A stretch of DNA of 64,000 nt from Alphaproteobacteria bacterium. Its GTDB lineage: Bacteria > Pseudomonadota > Alphaproteobacteria > MPNO01. Location of the stretch: positions 1,824,001-1,888,000 of the forward strand of contig OZ219866.1 in NCBI GenBank assembly GCA_964291675.2, read 5' to 3'. The position numbers were made by a program, and so were the translations under genes. The notes beneath the pieces were generated by a model, which searched no databases, was not told where the DNA came from, and saw only the letters and a list, made by a program, of their open reading frames with translations. Shown piece by piece: positions 20,401 to 29,507 of this stretch (within the stretch, counting starts at the first letter, position 1; every line of letters starts with the position of its first letter).

Positions 20401-22401
20401 GTGACGATCGCGACGCTGCCGACGGCGGGCTCGCTGAGCAATGACGGCGGAGCGGTGGCGGCCAACCAGACGATCTCCAGGGCCGACATCGATGCGGGCA
20501 GGCTGGTCTTCACCCCCGCGCCGAACGCCTATGGCGATCCCTATGCCAGCTTCACCTTCAAGGTGAGCGACGGCAGCGCGGAGAGCGTGTCGGCCTATAC
20601 CATGACCGTCGACGTGGCCCCGGTGAACGATCCGCCGACCGCCGCCGACAACACGGTGACGACGGTCGAGGACACCGCCTACAGCTTCCGGGCGGCCGAT
20701 TTCAACTTCTCCGACGTCGAGGCCGACGACGCGCTGGCGAGCGTCAGGATCGTGACGCTGCCGGCGTTGGGTTCGCTGACCGGGGGCGGCGCGGCGGTGA
20801 CGGCCAACCAGTCGATCGCCAGGGCCGACATCGACGCGGGCGGGCTGGTCTTCACCCCGGCACCGAACGGCAACGGCGATCCCTATACCAGCTTCACCTT
20901 CAGGGTGAGCGACGGCATGGATGAGAGCGCGGCGGCCTACACCATGACCATCGACGTGACCCCGGTCGTCGAGACCGCGATGCTGCAGGCGTGGAGCGCG
21001 CGCGTCGGGCGCACCATCGGGGGACAGGTGGTGAACGCGGTGACGACGCGCTTCGCGGATGGCGGCGGTTCGCAGGTAACGCTCGGCGGCCAGCGCATCG
21101 GCGGCCCCGCGCCCGGCGGAGCGGGCAGGCCCGCGCTTGCCGCGGATCGACCGGGCCGGGTGGAGGACATGGAGAGCGCGGTCGGCCGCCGCACGACCAG
21201 GGGGATGACCGGGAAGGAGCTGCTGCGCGGCAGCACGTTCCGCCTGTCGGGAGGCGAGGCCGGGGAGGACGGCGCTTACGCGGTCTGGGGCCGCGTGGCG
21301 GCCGGCGGCTTCGACGCGCGGGTGGACGGTATGAAGCTGGAAAGCGACGTGACCACCGGAATCCTCGGCGTCGACGGCGAGTGGGGGGACTTTCTGGCAG
21401 GCGTCGCCGTCGCGCTGAGCGAGAGCCGTGGCGGCTTCCGGCAGGCCGTGCCCCGGAGCGGCGGGACCGACCGGGGGACGCTGGAGAGCGGCATCGCCAG
21501 CCTCTACCACTATGCGCGGGTCGCGTTGAGCGAGAGGCTGAGCGCCTGGGGTCTGGTCGGCTACGGCGCCGGAGAGCTCAGGGTGAGGCCGGAGGATCAG
21601 GCGTTCGTCAAGACCAAGCTCACGATGCGGATGGGGGCGCTCGGCGCGAAGAGCCAGGTGCTGGACGGCAGCCAGACAGGCGGTCTCAGGTTCGCGGTGA
21701 AGTCGGATGCGATGTGGGTGCGCACGGAGTCCGAGAAGGCGCGGAGCCTGGACAACGTCACGGGCGAGGCAACCCGGCTCAGGCTGGTCCTCGAGGCGGA
21801 GCGCGACTACGACGCCATAGCGGGTACCACGTTCACGCCGTCGGGCGAGATCGGCGTGCGCCATGACGGAGGCGATGCCGAGACCGGGCTGGGGGTCGAG
21901 CTGGGCGGCGGGTTGCGCTTCGCCTTCGGCACGCTGACGGTGGAGAGCCGGGCGCGCTTCCTGGTCCTGCACGCGGAGGGCGGCCATGAGGAGTGGGGCG
22001 CCTCCGGCGCTGTGGCGCTGGCGCCGGACGCCTCGGGCCGGGGTCCCTCGTTCTCCTTGCGGCCGGTCTGGGGCCAGGCGGACAGCGGGACCACCGCGCT
22101 CTGGTCGCCGGTCCACGCCGGGGGTCGCGGCACCGGGCGGGCGTTCGAGGCGGCGGGCCGGCTGGACGGGCGGCTGGGCTACGGGTTCGCGGTCTTCGGC
22201 GACCGTCTCACGGTCACGCCCGAGCTCGGGCTGGGGCTTTCCAGGGCGTATCGGCGATACAGCCTGGGCTGGCGCCTCGGGCAGGCCCGGCGCGGGCCGG
22301 GGGATTTCGACCTTCGGTTCGAGGCGACCCGGCACGAGGCGGCGAATGACGACCGGCCGCCGGAGCACGGGGTGAGCGTCTGGCTGTCGGCGGGCTGGTA
22401 G
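17458..22401 (+). CDS. large adhesin-like autotransporter with 10 tandem Ig/cadherin-like repeats
   Basis: Signal peptide ..PRAGA; 114-aa repeats NDAPTAA..TNEDT..FTFKVSDG..VDVTAV; barrel with RHDGGDAETG paralogous to the upstream gene; terminal Trp. Confidence 0.9.
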   Translation: MNDTARGARLVAGAVFLVLACLAFGPRAGAQNAPTASAGTVTTNEDTAYAFDAADFNFADDDTGDTLSSVRIVTLPATGALTRDGTAVAANQSIAVADIDADKLLFTPAANGNGDPYTSFTFKVSDGTDESASAYTMTVDVTAVNDAPTAADNTVATNEDAAYTFRAADFGFADVDTGGALASVRIATLPAAGSLTRDGTAVTANQSIAVADIDASKLVFTPAANGNGDPYASFTFKVSDGSAESASAHTMTVDVTAVNDAPTAAANTVTTNEDTGYSFAAGDFNFADVDAGDALANVRIVTLPAAGALARDGVAVTVNQSVSGADILASKLVFTPAANASGDPYTSFTFKVGDGTDESASAYTMTVDVTAVDDAPTAADNTVATNEDTAYTFRADDFGFADADAGDTLSSVRIVTLPAAGALTRDGTTVTANQSVSRADIDASKLVFTPASNGNGDPYASFTFKVSDGSAESTPANTMTVDVTAVNDVPTAAANTVTTNEDTGYSFAAGDFNFADADTGDTLANVRIVTLPAAGALTRAGTAVAANQSIAVADIVASRLVFTPAANASGDPYTSFTFKVGDGSAESASAYTMTVDVTAVNDAPTAADNTVATNEDTVHTFSTGDFSFADADTGDTLSSVKIVTLPAAGALTRDGTTVTANQSIAVADIDADKLVFTPAANGNGDPYASFTFKVSDGSAESAPANTMTVDVAAVNDVPTAVANTVATNEDTAYSFAAGDFNFADVDAGDTLASVRIVTLPAAGALTVDGVAATANQSVSGADIVASKLVFTPAANANGDPYASFTFKVGDGTDESASAYTMTVDVAAVDDAPTAADSTVATAEDTAYTFRAGDFPFADADTGDTLSSVRIVTLPAAGALTMDGTPATENQSIAVADIDADKLVFTPAANGNGDPYASFTFKVSDGSAESAPAYTMTVDVAARNDVPTAAANTVVTAEDTAHIFSADEFGFADVDAGDALAGVTIATLPTAGSLSNDGGAVAANQTISRADIDAGRLVFTPAPNAYGDPYASFTFKVSDGSAESVSAYTMTVDVAPVNDPPTAADNTVTTVEDTAYSFRAADFNFSDVEADDALASVRIVTLPALGSLTGGGAAVTANQSIARADIDAGGLVFTPAPNGNGDPYTSFTFRVSDGMDESAAAYTMTIDVTPVVETAMLQAWSARVGRTIGGQVVNAVTTRFADGGGSQVTLGGQRIGGPAPGGAGRPALAADRPGRVEDMESAVGRRTTRGMTGKELLRGSTFRLSGGEAGEDGAYAVWGRVAAGGFDARVDGMKLESDVTTGILGVDGEWGDFLAGVAVALSESRGGFRQAVPRSGGTDRGTLESGIASLYHYARVALSERLSAWGLVGYGAGELRVRPEDQAFVKTKLTMRMGALGAKSQVLDGSQTGGLRFAVKSDAMWVRTESEKARSLDNVTGEATRLRLVLEAERDYDAIAGTTFTPSGEIGVRHDGGDAETGLGVELGGGLRFAFGTLTVESRARFLVLHAEGGHEEWGASGAVALAPDASGRGPSFSLRPVWGQADSGTTALWSPVHAGGRGTGRAFEAAGRLDGRLGYGFAVFGDRLTVTPELGLGLSRAYRRYSLGWRLGQARRGPGDFDLRFEATRHEAANDDRPPEHGVSVWLSAGW
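17551..20970 (+). repeat. 10 x 342-bp intragenic tandem repeat
   Basis: Exact 342-bp period, mirrored by shadow ORFs at 17601, 17943, 18285, 18627, 18969, 19653, 19995, 20679. Confidence 0.95.
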
Positions 22402-22499
22402 TCGGCGCGCCGTCGCCGCGACCCGCGGGCTCGCCGTCGCCGCGCCCTTATGTAGAATGCCGCGGTCTTGCAGCCTGCCCCTGGGAGGATCGGAAAGTG

Positions 22500-23528
22500 A
22501 TGATCGAACGCTATGCCGCCGCGACCCGGCGCTCCGTCGCCGCGCTGGCGGCCGCTTCAGCGGTGCTGGCCGGCGCCGCCGCCTTCGCCGCCGACAAGAT
22601 CGACGTGGGCGCGCTCCGCTTCACGTCGCATTCGGGGAGCTTCATCGCCTTCGAGAAGGGCTACTTCAAGGAGGCCGGGCTCGACGTCGAGTTCAAGTAC
22701 TTCCAGGCGGCCGCGCCAATGGCGGTCGCGATCGCCTCGGGCGACATCGATTACGGCGTGACCGCGATCACCGGCGGGCTGATCAACCTCGCCGACAAGG
22801 GCGCGATCAAGGTCATCGGCGGCGCGCTGCACGAGGAGAAGGGGATCGACGGCTCGGCCATCCTGGTCTCCGAAGCCGCCTGGAAGGACGGCGTGACCAC
22901 GCCCGCGAAGCTCGCCGGGCGCAGCTTCGGGATCACCCAGACCGGGTCCTCCTTCCACTACATGGCGTCGCGCATCGCCCAGAAGGAAGGCATCCCGATG
23001 GAGCGGATCAAGCTCCGGCCCTTGCAAAAGGTGGGCGCGATCATCGCCGCGCTGAAATCGGGCCAGATCGATGCCTGGGCCATCGTGCCGCATATCGCCA
23101 AGGCGCTCGCCAAAGGCGGCAAGATCCGCATCATCGGCTGGGTCGCCGACTATGCGCCGGACTACCAGGTGACGACGGTGTTCACCTCGACCAGGACCGC
23201 GGCCGGGCAGCGCGACCGCACCAAGCGGTTCCTCGCCGCGTTCTCGCGCGGCGTCGACGACTTCAACGCCGCCCTGGTCGACAAGACCGCGGGCGAGGCG
23301 GCGGCCGAGGCGACGGTGAAGCTGATCCACAAATACGTCTACACCAGCCGGCCCTACGCCAAGGCCGCGCCGTCGATCCGCAACGGCGCGATGCGGCTCA
23401 ACAAGGGCGCCAAGCTCAACCTGACCAGCGTCAAGGCGCAGCTCGACTGGTTCAAGGCGTCCGGGCTGGTCAAGGGCGATATCGGCATCGACAAGCTGGT
23501 CGACGGGAGCTACGTCGAGACCTACTGA
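22500..23528 (+). CDS. NitT/TauT-family ABC substrate-binding protein
   Basis: Signal peptide, AFEKGYFKEAGLDVE, ALKSGQIDA. Confidence 0.9.
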   Translation: MIERYAAATRRSVAALAAASAVLAGAAAFAADKIDVGALRFTSHSGSFIAFEKGYFKEAGLDVEFKYFQAAAPMAVAIASGDIDYGVTAITGGLINLADKGAIKVIGGALHEEKGIDGSAILVSEAAWKDGVTTPAKLAGRSFGITQTGSSFHYMASRIAQKEGIPMERIKLRPLQKVGAIIAALKSGQIDAWAIVPHIAKALAKGGKIRIIGWVADYAPDYQVTTVFTSTRTAAGQRDRTKRFLAAFSRGVDDFNAALVDKTAGEAAAEATVKLIHKYVYTSRPYAKAAPSIRNGAMRLNKGAKLNLTSVKAQLDWFKASGLVKGDIGIDKLVDGSYVETY

Positions 23529-23549
23529 CCCGCGGGGAAAGGCCGGGCG

Positions 23550-24317
23550 ATGGAGCTTCGCCTCGCCGGCCTTCACCATGCCTATGGCGATGTCGAGGTG
23601 CTGCGGGGGATCGATCTCGACATCCCCGAGGGGCGCATCGTCTGCGTCATCGGGCCGTCGGGCTGCGGCAAGTCGACCCTGCTGCGCCTGATCGGCGGGC
23701 TGGAGCGGCCCGACCGGGGGGACGTGATCCAGATCGGCGAGCCGCCGCCCGGCTCGCTCAACCCGCTGACCTATATCTTCCAGGATTTCGCGCTGCTGCC
23801 CTGGCGCACCGTCGAGGGCAATGTGCGGATCGTGCTGGAGGACCACCCGCTCGGGCGCGCCGAGACCGCGCGGATCGTCGACGACGTGCTCGCCCGCACA
23901 AGGCTCGCGGAGTTCCGCTCGGCGTTTCCGCGCCAGCTCTCGGGCGGCATGAAGCAGCGCGTCGCCATCGCCCGCGCGCTCTCGGTCTCGCCCGCCTTCC
24001 TGCTGATGGACGAGCCGCTGTCGGCGCTCGACGCCCAGACCCGCGAATTGCTGATGGACGATTTGATCGAGCTCTGGACGCGCGAGGGATTCTCGGCCGT
24101 CTACATCACCCACAACCTTCAGGAGGCGGTCAGGCTGGGCCACCGGGTGGCGGTGCTGTCGCGCCGCCCCGGGCGGGTCCGCGAGATCCTGGAGATCGAC
24201 CTGCCGCTCGATGCGCGCCAGGCGCACGGCCGCGAGCTCGAAGGGCATCGGCAACGCCTCTGGACGCTGCTGCGCGACGAGGCCCAGGCGGCCGAGCTGG
24301 AGCTGGTCGGTGGCTGA
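23550..24317 (+). CDS. ABC ATP-binding protein (NitT/TauT)
   Basis: GPSGCGKST, LSGGMKQR, LLMDEP, ITH. Confidence 0.95.
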   Translation: MELRLAGLHHAYGDVEVLRGIDLDIPEGRIVCVIGPSGCGKSTLLRLIGGLERPDRGDVIQIGEPPPGSLNPLTYIFQDFALLPWRTVEGNVRIVLEDHPLGRAETARIVDDVLARTRLAEFRSAFPRQLSGGMKQRVAIARALSVSPAFLLMDEPLSALDAQTRELLMDDLIELWTREGFSAVYITHNLQEAVRLGHRVAVLSRRPGRVREILEIDLPLDARQAHGRELEGHRQRLWTLLRDEAQAAELELVGG

Positions 24318-25113
24318 GCCGCGGGATGCCGGCAGGACCGTCCCCTTCCGCGGCGGCGGGTTCCTGCCGAGGCCGCTTGGCGTCGTCGGGCCGCTGGTGT
24401 TCCTCGCCGTGCTCGGGCTGTGGGAGGCGGGGTGCCGCACGGGGCTGATTCCGCCGCTGGTGCTGCCGGCGCCGTCGGAGGCGCTGGCGGCGCTCGCGCA
24501 TCTGTTCGAGACCGGGCTGTTGTGGAAGCATGTGGGCGCGTCGTTGCAGCGGCTGGTGCTGGGCTGGACGCTGGGCACCCTGCTCGGCATGGCGGTCGGC
24601 GTCTCGATCGGGCTGTTCTCGCTCGCCCGCGCCGGGCTGGCCCCGGTGGTCGCGGCGATCTTCCCGATCCCCAAGATCGCGCTCTTGCCGCTGTTCGTGA
24701 TCTGGTTCGGCATCGGCGAGGGCTCGAAGGTGGCGACCATCTTGTTCGGCACCTTCTTCCCCACCGTGGTGGCGACCTATGGCGGGGTCGACAATGTCGA
24801 CCGCAGCCTGATCCGCATGGCGCAGTCCTTCGGCCTCTCCTGGCTCTCGATCGTGCGCAAGATCATCCTGCCGGGCGCGCTGCCGGCGATCCTGCCGGGG
24901 TTCCGCATCTCGGCGGCCATCGCCATCGTGCTGCTGGTCGCCGCCGAGATGATCGGCGCCGAGTTCGGCATCGGCGCCTATATCCTGCTGGCCGGCAGCC
25001 TGATGGCGATGGACGAGCTGATCGCCGGCGTCGCCATCCTGTCGGTGCTCGGGCTCACCGTGAACTGGCTGATCGCCCGCGCCGAGCGCTTCCTGCTGCG
25101 CTGGCGGCTATAG
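24310..25113 (+). CDS. ABC permease (NitT/TauT)
   Basis: LPAPS, IPKIALLPL..WFGIGE, LVAAEMIGA. Confidence 0.92.
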   Translation: MAEPRDAGRTVPFRGGGFLPRPLGVVGPLVFLAVLGLWEAGCRTGLIPPLVLPAPSEALAALAHLFETGLLWKHVGASLQRLVLGWTLGTLLGMAVGVSIGLFSLARAGLAPVVAAIFPIPKIALLPLFVIWFGIGEGSKVATILFGTFFPTVVATYGGVDNVDRSLIRMAQSFGLSWLSIVRKIILPGALPAILPGFRISAAIAIVLLVAAEMIGAEFGIGAYILLAGSLMAMDELIAGVAILSVLGLTVNWLIARAERFLLRWRL

Positions 25114-25974
25114 GTAGTTCGCCCGGTACCAGTCGTTGATGTCGCCGCCCTTCGTCACCCACACCTCGGCGCGCTGGCGGATGTAGCCGAGCGCCTTGTC
25201 GAGATACCTGGCGCGGAAGGCGTGGCCGATCAGGAAGGGGTGGAGGCAGATCGCCATCACCCGGCCCGTCGCCGCGCCGTCCTCGTAGAGCACGTCGAAC
25301 TGATCGACGATCATCCGATAGAACTCCTCGGCGCCCAGCCCGCGGTCGAGGAAGGCCGGGATGTCGTTGATCTCGATCGAGTAGGGCACCGAGATCAGCG
25401 AGCCCTGTTTCACGTCCATCGCATAGGGCTGCTCGTCGTTGACCCAGTCGCAGACATACTCGATGCCGTTCCCGGCGAGGATGTCGGGCGTGTTGAAGCT
25501 CTCGCTCAACGCCGGGCCGAGCCAGCCTTTGGGCGCCGTCCCGGTGCCTTGCTCGATGGTCGCGACGATGTCGCCGATCAGCGCCCGCTCCTCGTCCTCG
25601 GGCTGGGCGTTGAACAGCACCGAGTTGGTGCTGCCATGCCCCATCCACTCCCAGCCGAGCTCGTTGCCGGCCTCGACGATGCGCGGGTATTGCCCGCAGA
25701 CCTCGGAGTTGAGCGCAACCGTGCCCTTGACCCCGTGGCGCTCCATCACCTCCATCATGCGCCAGATTCCGACCCGCACGCCGAAATCGCGCCACGAATA
25801 GTTGAGCACGTCGGGCTTGAGATGGGCGGTGACCGCGGTGACCGAGGTCGAGGGCTTGTCCCAGTGGAAATGCTCGATATTGGGGATCACCCAGACCGCG
25901 ATCCGCGCCCCGCCCGGGAAGCGCAGCTTCTCGCGGTCGACGATCGGCGAGTAGGCGAAGCGTCCGTGTTCCAT
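25108..25974 (-). CDS. polysaccharide deacetylase family (PuuE allantoinase-like)
   Basis: VIPNIEHF, YSWRDFGVRVGIWR, GHG, KGWLGP, EINDI, CLHPF. Confidence 0.88.
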   Translation of the reverse strand: MEHGRFAYSPIVDREKLRFPGGARIAVWVIPNIEHFHWDKPSTSVTAVTAHLKPDVLNYSWRDFGVRVGIWRMMEVMERHGVKGTVALNSEVCGQYPRIVEAGNELGWEWMGHGSTNSVLFNAQPEDEERALIGDIVATIEQGTGTAPKGWLGPALSESFNTPDILAGNGIEYVCDWVNDEQPYAMDVKQGSLISVPYSIEINDIPAFLDRGLGAEEFYRMIVDQFDVLYEDGAATGRVMAICLHPFLIGHAFRARYLDKALGYIRQRAEVWVTKGGDINDWYRANYL

Positions 25975-25985
25975 GCCTTCCTCCG

Positions 25986-26639
25986 CTAGCGGTTGTGGCC
26001 GATCGTCGACAGATATTGCAGCGCCTCGTCGAGCGAGACCACGTCGGCGTATTTGGCGTTGAGGTCGAACAGGCTCTGGTCGTGCGCCGCCTGCGAGCGG
26101 TCGCCGACCGCCTCGCGCACCACCATCGGCCGGAACCCGACCTGGCAGGCGTCCACCGCGGTCGCGCGGACGCAGCCCGAGGTGGTGCAGCCGGTGATGA
26201 TCAGCGTGTCCACGCCATGCGCCATCAGCCGCGAGACGATGTCGGTGCCGTAGAAGCAGGAGGCGTATTTCTTGACCAGCAGCGTGTCGCCGGGGCGGAA
26301 GTCGAGCCTGGAATCGACCTCGACCCCGTCGTCGCCCGCCTTCAGCGTGACCACCCCCTTCTGCTTGAGCGCCCAGATTCCGGCGTCCTTCAGGTCGTCG
26401 TCCTCGTAGATCACGGTGGAGAAGATCACCGGGATGTCGCGCTCATGCGCCGCCTCCAGCAGCGGCTCGATCGCCTCGATCTCCTCGTCCAGGTCGGCGC
26501 CCAGCATGCGGTCCGGGTCGGTGAAGGCCTTGAGCATGTCGATCACGATCAGCGCCGGCCGCTCGCCGAAGCCGATCCTGAGCCCGAACCCCCGTTCGGC
26601 GAAGAACGCCTCGTCGGTCTTTTCGGCCTGTCCTGCCAT
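25986..26639 (-). CDS. isochorismatase family cysteine hydrolase (N-carbamoylsarcosine/maleamate amidase-like)
   Basis: ALIVID, KKYASCF, GCTTSGCVRATAVDA. Confidence 0.9.
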   Translation of the reverse strand: MAGQAEKTDEAFFAERGFGLRIGFGERPALIVIDMLKAFTDPDRMLGADLDEEIEAIEPLLEAAHERDIPVIFSTVIYEDDDLKDAGIWALKQKGVVTLKAGDDGVEVDSRLDFRPGDTLLVKKYASCFYGTDIVSRLMAHGVDTLIITGCTTSGCVRATAVDACQVGFRPMVVREAVGDRSQAAHDQSLFDLNAKYADVVSLDEALQYLSTIGHNR

Positions 26640-26809
26640 GTCTTCCTCCCACATCCGCCGTCAGGCAACCCGGCGAACGTTACGATGTTTCGGGCGGGCG
26701 GGTACAGGGCAGGCCAACGCAGGCGTTGTCCCGGCGCCGCGGCTGGGGTCATACTCCCGGCGGGAGAAACGTCCGGGCGATCCGCCCGGCACGACAAGGA
26801 GACAGCGCG

Positions 26810-27874
26810 ATGAGGAGACTTGACCGCGTCCCGTTGATTGCCGCCGGACTCTGCGCGGCGCTGGCCGCCTGGCCCGCGGCGGCCGACAAGACCTACGAGA
26901 TCAAGATCGGCTTCGTGACGATCAACGATTCCCAGCACCGGGCGGCGGAGCTGTACAAGGCGGCGCTGGAGAAGCGGACCGGCGGGCAGCTCAAGGTGAG
27001 CATCTTCCCGGCCGCCCAGCTCGGCACGATCCCGCGCCAGCTCGAGGGCATCCAGCTCGGCACCCAGGAGTTCTTCGTCACCCCGCCGGGATTCTTCCAG
27101 GGCATCAACCCCGCCTTCCAGGCGCCCGACGCGCCCGGGCTGTTCGACTCGAACTGGCACCAGCACTTGACGATGAACCACCCGAGCGTGCGCGGCGAAT
27201 TCGTCAAGCTGGGCGAGAAGGCCGGCATCGTGCCGACCTTCATCTGGTCCGCGGGCGTCGGCGCGATCGCCTCGCGCGAGCCGATCCGCACCCTCGCCGA
27301 CCTCCAGGGCAAGAAGCTCCGCGTGCTGGCGACCAAGATGGAGATCGCGCTGATGGACACTTTCGGCGCGGCCGGCATACCGATCCCGTACTCGCAGGTC
27401 GTCCCGTCGATCCAGAAGCGGGTGGTCGACGGCGCGCGCAGCGCGATCATCGTCATGGGGCCGTCCAAGTTCTACACCGTGGCGAAGTACCTGACGCGGA
27501 CGGCGGGCGGCTATATCCCGACCGGCGCCTATGCCAGCATGGCGGCGCTCAAGAAGCTGCCGCAGGACCTGCAGACCGCGATCTGGGAGGAGGGCGCGAA
27601 GCTCGCCGATCCGTCGGTGGAGGTCGCCGTCGAAATCACCACCCATTGGGAAAGGCAGTGGACCAAGGAGGGCGGCGAGGTCATCGATCTGTCCGATGCC
27701 GACCGCAAGGAGTTCTTCCGCCGCGCCAAGCCGCTCGGCGACAAGATCCTCGGCAGCAACCCGAAGATCGCGCCGATGTACAACCTCATCAAGGCGGCGG
27801 CCGAGAAGACCCGCGCCGATGCGGCCGTGAAGCACAAGGCCACGATGATGCGGCTGGAGAAGGAAATGAAGTAG
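26810..27874 (+). CDS. orphan TRAP substrate-binding protein DctP
   Basis: Signal peptide, FPAAQLG, DLQGKKLRV; no dctQM next to it. Confidence 0.88.
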   Translation: MRRLDRVPLIAAGLCAALAAWPAAADKTYEIKIGFVTINDSQHRAAELYKAALEKRTGGQLKVSIFPAAQLGTIPRQLEGIQLGTQEFFVTPPGFFQGINPAFQAPDAPGLFDSNWHQHLTMNHPSVRGEFVKLGEKAGIVPTFIWSAGVGAIASREPIRTLADLQGKKLRVLATKMEIALMDTFGAAGIPIPYSQVVPSIQKRVVDGARSAIIVMGPSKFYTVAKYLTRTAGGYIPTGAYASMAALKKLPQDLQTAIWEEGAKLADPSVEVAVEITTHWERQWTKEGGEVIDLSDADRKEFFRRAKPLGDKILGSNPKIAPMYNLIKAAAEKTRADAAVKHKATMMRLEKEMK

Positions 27875-27884
27875 CGCGGCGCGG

Positions 27885-27998
27885 CGTCCTTCGATACGCG
27901 GCTTCGCCGCTGCTCGGGATGAGGGAATTTGCCGGGGCACATCGATCCGCCCTCATCCTGAGTAGCCCCGGACTCGATCCGGGGCGTATCGCAGGACG
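27885..27998. repeat. inverted doublet of REP-like elements (consensus CCCTCATCCTGAGTAG-hairpin-CGTATCGAAGGACG)
   Basis: Minus copy 27885-27925, plus copy 27950-27998; same element at 42576, 47075 (partial), 51447 and 59402. Confidence 0.85.
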
Positions 27999-28039
27999 GC
28001 CCCGGCCGGTGCGCCATGCGAAATCTGGGAGACCGAACG

Positions 28040-28927
28040 ATGTCTGAACCGATGCGGGTCCGGGTGGCGCCCAAGGGCATGGGCATCAACGAGTTCGTCG
28101 CCATGGAGGAGGGCTTCTTCCGCGACGCGGGGCTCGATGTCGAATTCGACATGCAGGTGTTCCGCGGCACCCAGTCGAGCTGGAAGGGGCTCGACTATTT
28201 CGAGCGCCCGCAGGACCGCCCGTTCGCGGAGAACGGCGCCGAGAACCTGATCCAGTGCGCCTGCCAGTGGGGAACGGTGAGCAATGCCGCCTCCGGCATG
28301 GGCAAGGCGGTGCGCGACTGCTACGGCGTCTCGCCCTGGGGGATCTTCGTGCGCCCCGATTCGGAGATCCGCGCGCCCGAGGACCTGGCGGACGTGCCGA
28401 TCGCGGTCGGCATGCGCGCGGGCAGCCATTTCAACGTGCCCTACCGGCTGGAGAAACACCTGCCCCTGGAGCGCATCGACTGCCTCAATGTCGGCGGGTT
28501 CTCGGCCCGGCTGGAGGCGCTGCTCTCGGGCGAGGTGGAAGCCGCCAGCCTGCTGCCGCCGCAGATCGACATGGCGAAGCAGCTCGGCATGCGCGCGATC
28601 CTCGAGGACGAGTTCATCACCATCTGGTGGGTCCCCGAAACGATGCCGCGCGCGGCGCTGAAGGGCTATATCGACGCGCTCGCCCGGGCGGAACGGGCGA
28701 TCGAGGCCGATCCGGGCAGGTACCTGCCGGCGTGGCGGCACTGCATCCCCGAGACCTTCGCGGACCGGGGCTGGGATTTCGCGCGCTTCAGCCGCGGCGA
28801 GCGGTTCGTCAGGGCGCCGCTCCCGGACGGGCTGATCGAGGAGATCTTCGAGCAGGTCGACCGCTGGGATCTCGCCCAGTACATCGAGGAGCGCGCGCCC
28901 GACCGCCTGCTCTACGCCGTGGAATAG
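28040..28927 (+). CDS. NitT/TauT/THI5-like PBP-fold protein lacking a signal peptide
   Basis: [30 protein letters not shown]; no N-terminal hydrophobic stretch. Confidence 0.7.
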   Translation: MSEPMRVRVAPKGMGINEFVAMEEGFFRDAGLDVEFDMQVFRGTQSSWKGLDYFERPQDRPFAENGAENLIQCACQWGTVSNAASGMGKAVRDCYGVSPWGIFVRPDSEIRAPEDLADVPIAVGMRAGSHFNVPYRLEKHLPLERIDCLNVGGFSARLEALLSGEVEAASLLPPQIDMAKQLGMRAILEDEFITIWWVPETMPRAALKGYIDALARAERAIEADPGRYLPAWRHCIPETFADRGWDFARFSRGERFVRAPLPDGLIEEIFEQVDRWDLAQYIEERAPDRLLYAVE

Positions 28928-28956
28928 AGGCAAAAGGGGGGCTGGCGGCGAGCGGC

Positions 28957-29478
28957 ATGCGCGAACGGGTGGAGATCTTCGCGGGCGATATCACCGCGCT
29001 CGCGGTGGACGCGATCGTGAACGCGGCCAACAACGCGCTGCTCGGCGGCGGCGGGGTGGACGGGGCGATCCACCGCGCCGCCGGGCCCCGCCTGCTCGCC
29101 GAGTGCCGCACGCTGGGCGGCTGCGACACCGGCGATGCCAAGGCGACCGGCGGCTACGACCTGCCGGCCCGTTTCGTGATCCACACCGTGGGCCCGGTCT
29201 GGCAGGGCGGCGGGCAGGGCGAGCCCGAGCTGCTCGCGCGCTGCTATCGCCGCTGCTTCGAGATCGCCGAGGAGAAGCGGCTCGCCTCGATTGCCTTCCC
29301 GGCGATCGGCACCGGGGTCTACGGCTACCCGCTGGAGGCGGCGACCCGCATCGCGGTGACCGGGACCAGGGACCGTCTCGCGGGCGGCGGCGGGCCGGAG
29401 AGGGTGGTGTTCGCCTGTTTCGGCGCCGCGGCGCGGGACATGTACATTTCCCTGGTCGACGAGATCCTTCCCCGGTAA
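28957..29478 (+). CDS. macrodomain O-acetyl-ADP-ribose deacetylase (YmdB-like)
   Basis: [46 protein letters not shown]. Confidence 0.93.
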   Translation: MRERVEIFAGDITALAVDAIVNAANNALLGGGGVDGAIHRAAGPRLLAECRTLGGCDTGDAKATGGYDLPARFVIHTVGPVWQGGGQGEPELLARCYRRCFEIAEEKRLASIAFPAIGTGVYGYPLEAATRIAVTGTRDRLAGGGGPERVVFACFGAAARDMYISLVDEILPR

Positions 29479-29507
29479 TCCCGCCCGCAAGTTCGAAGAG
29501 AGCAAGC

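Noticed and set aside
17281-22368. 1695-aa antisense ORF and many other long overlapping ORFs
   Set aside because: Shadow frames of GC-rich genes, Arg/Gly/Pro-rich with no recognisable motifs
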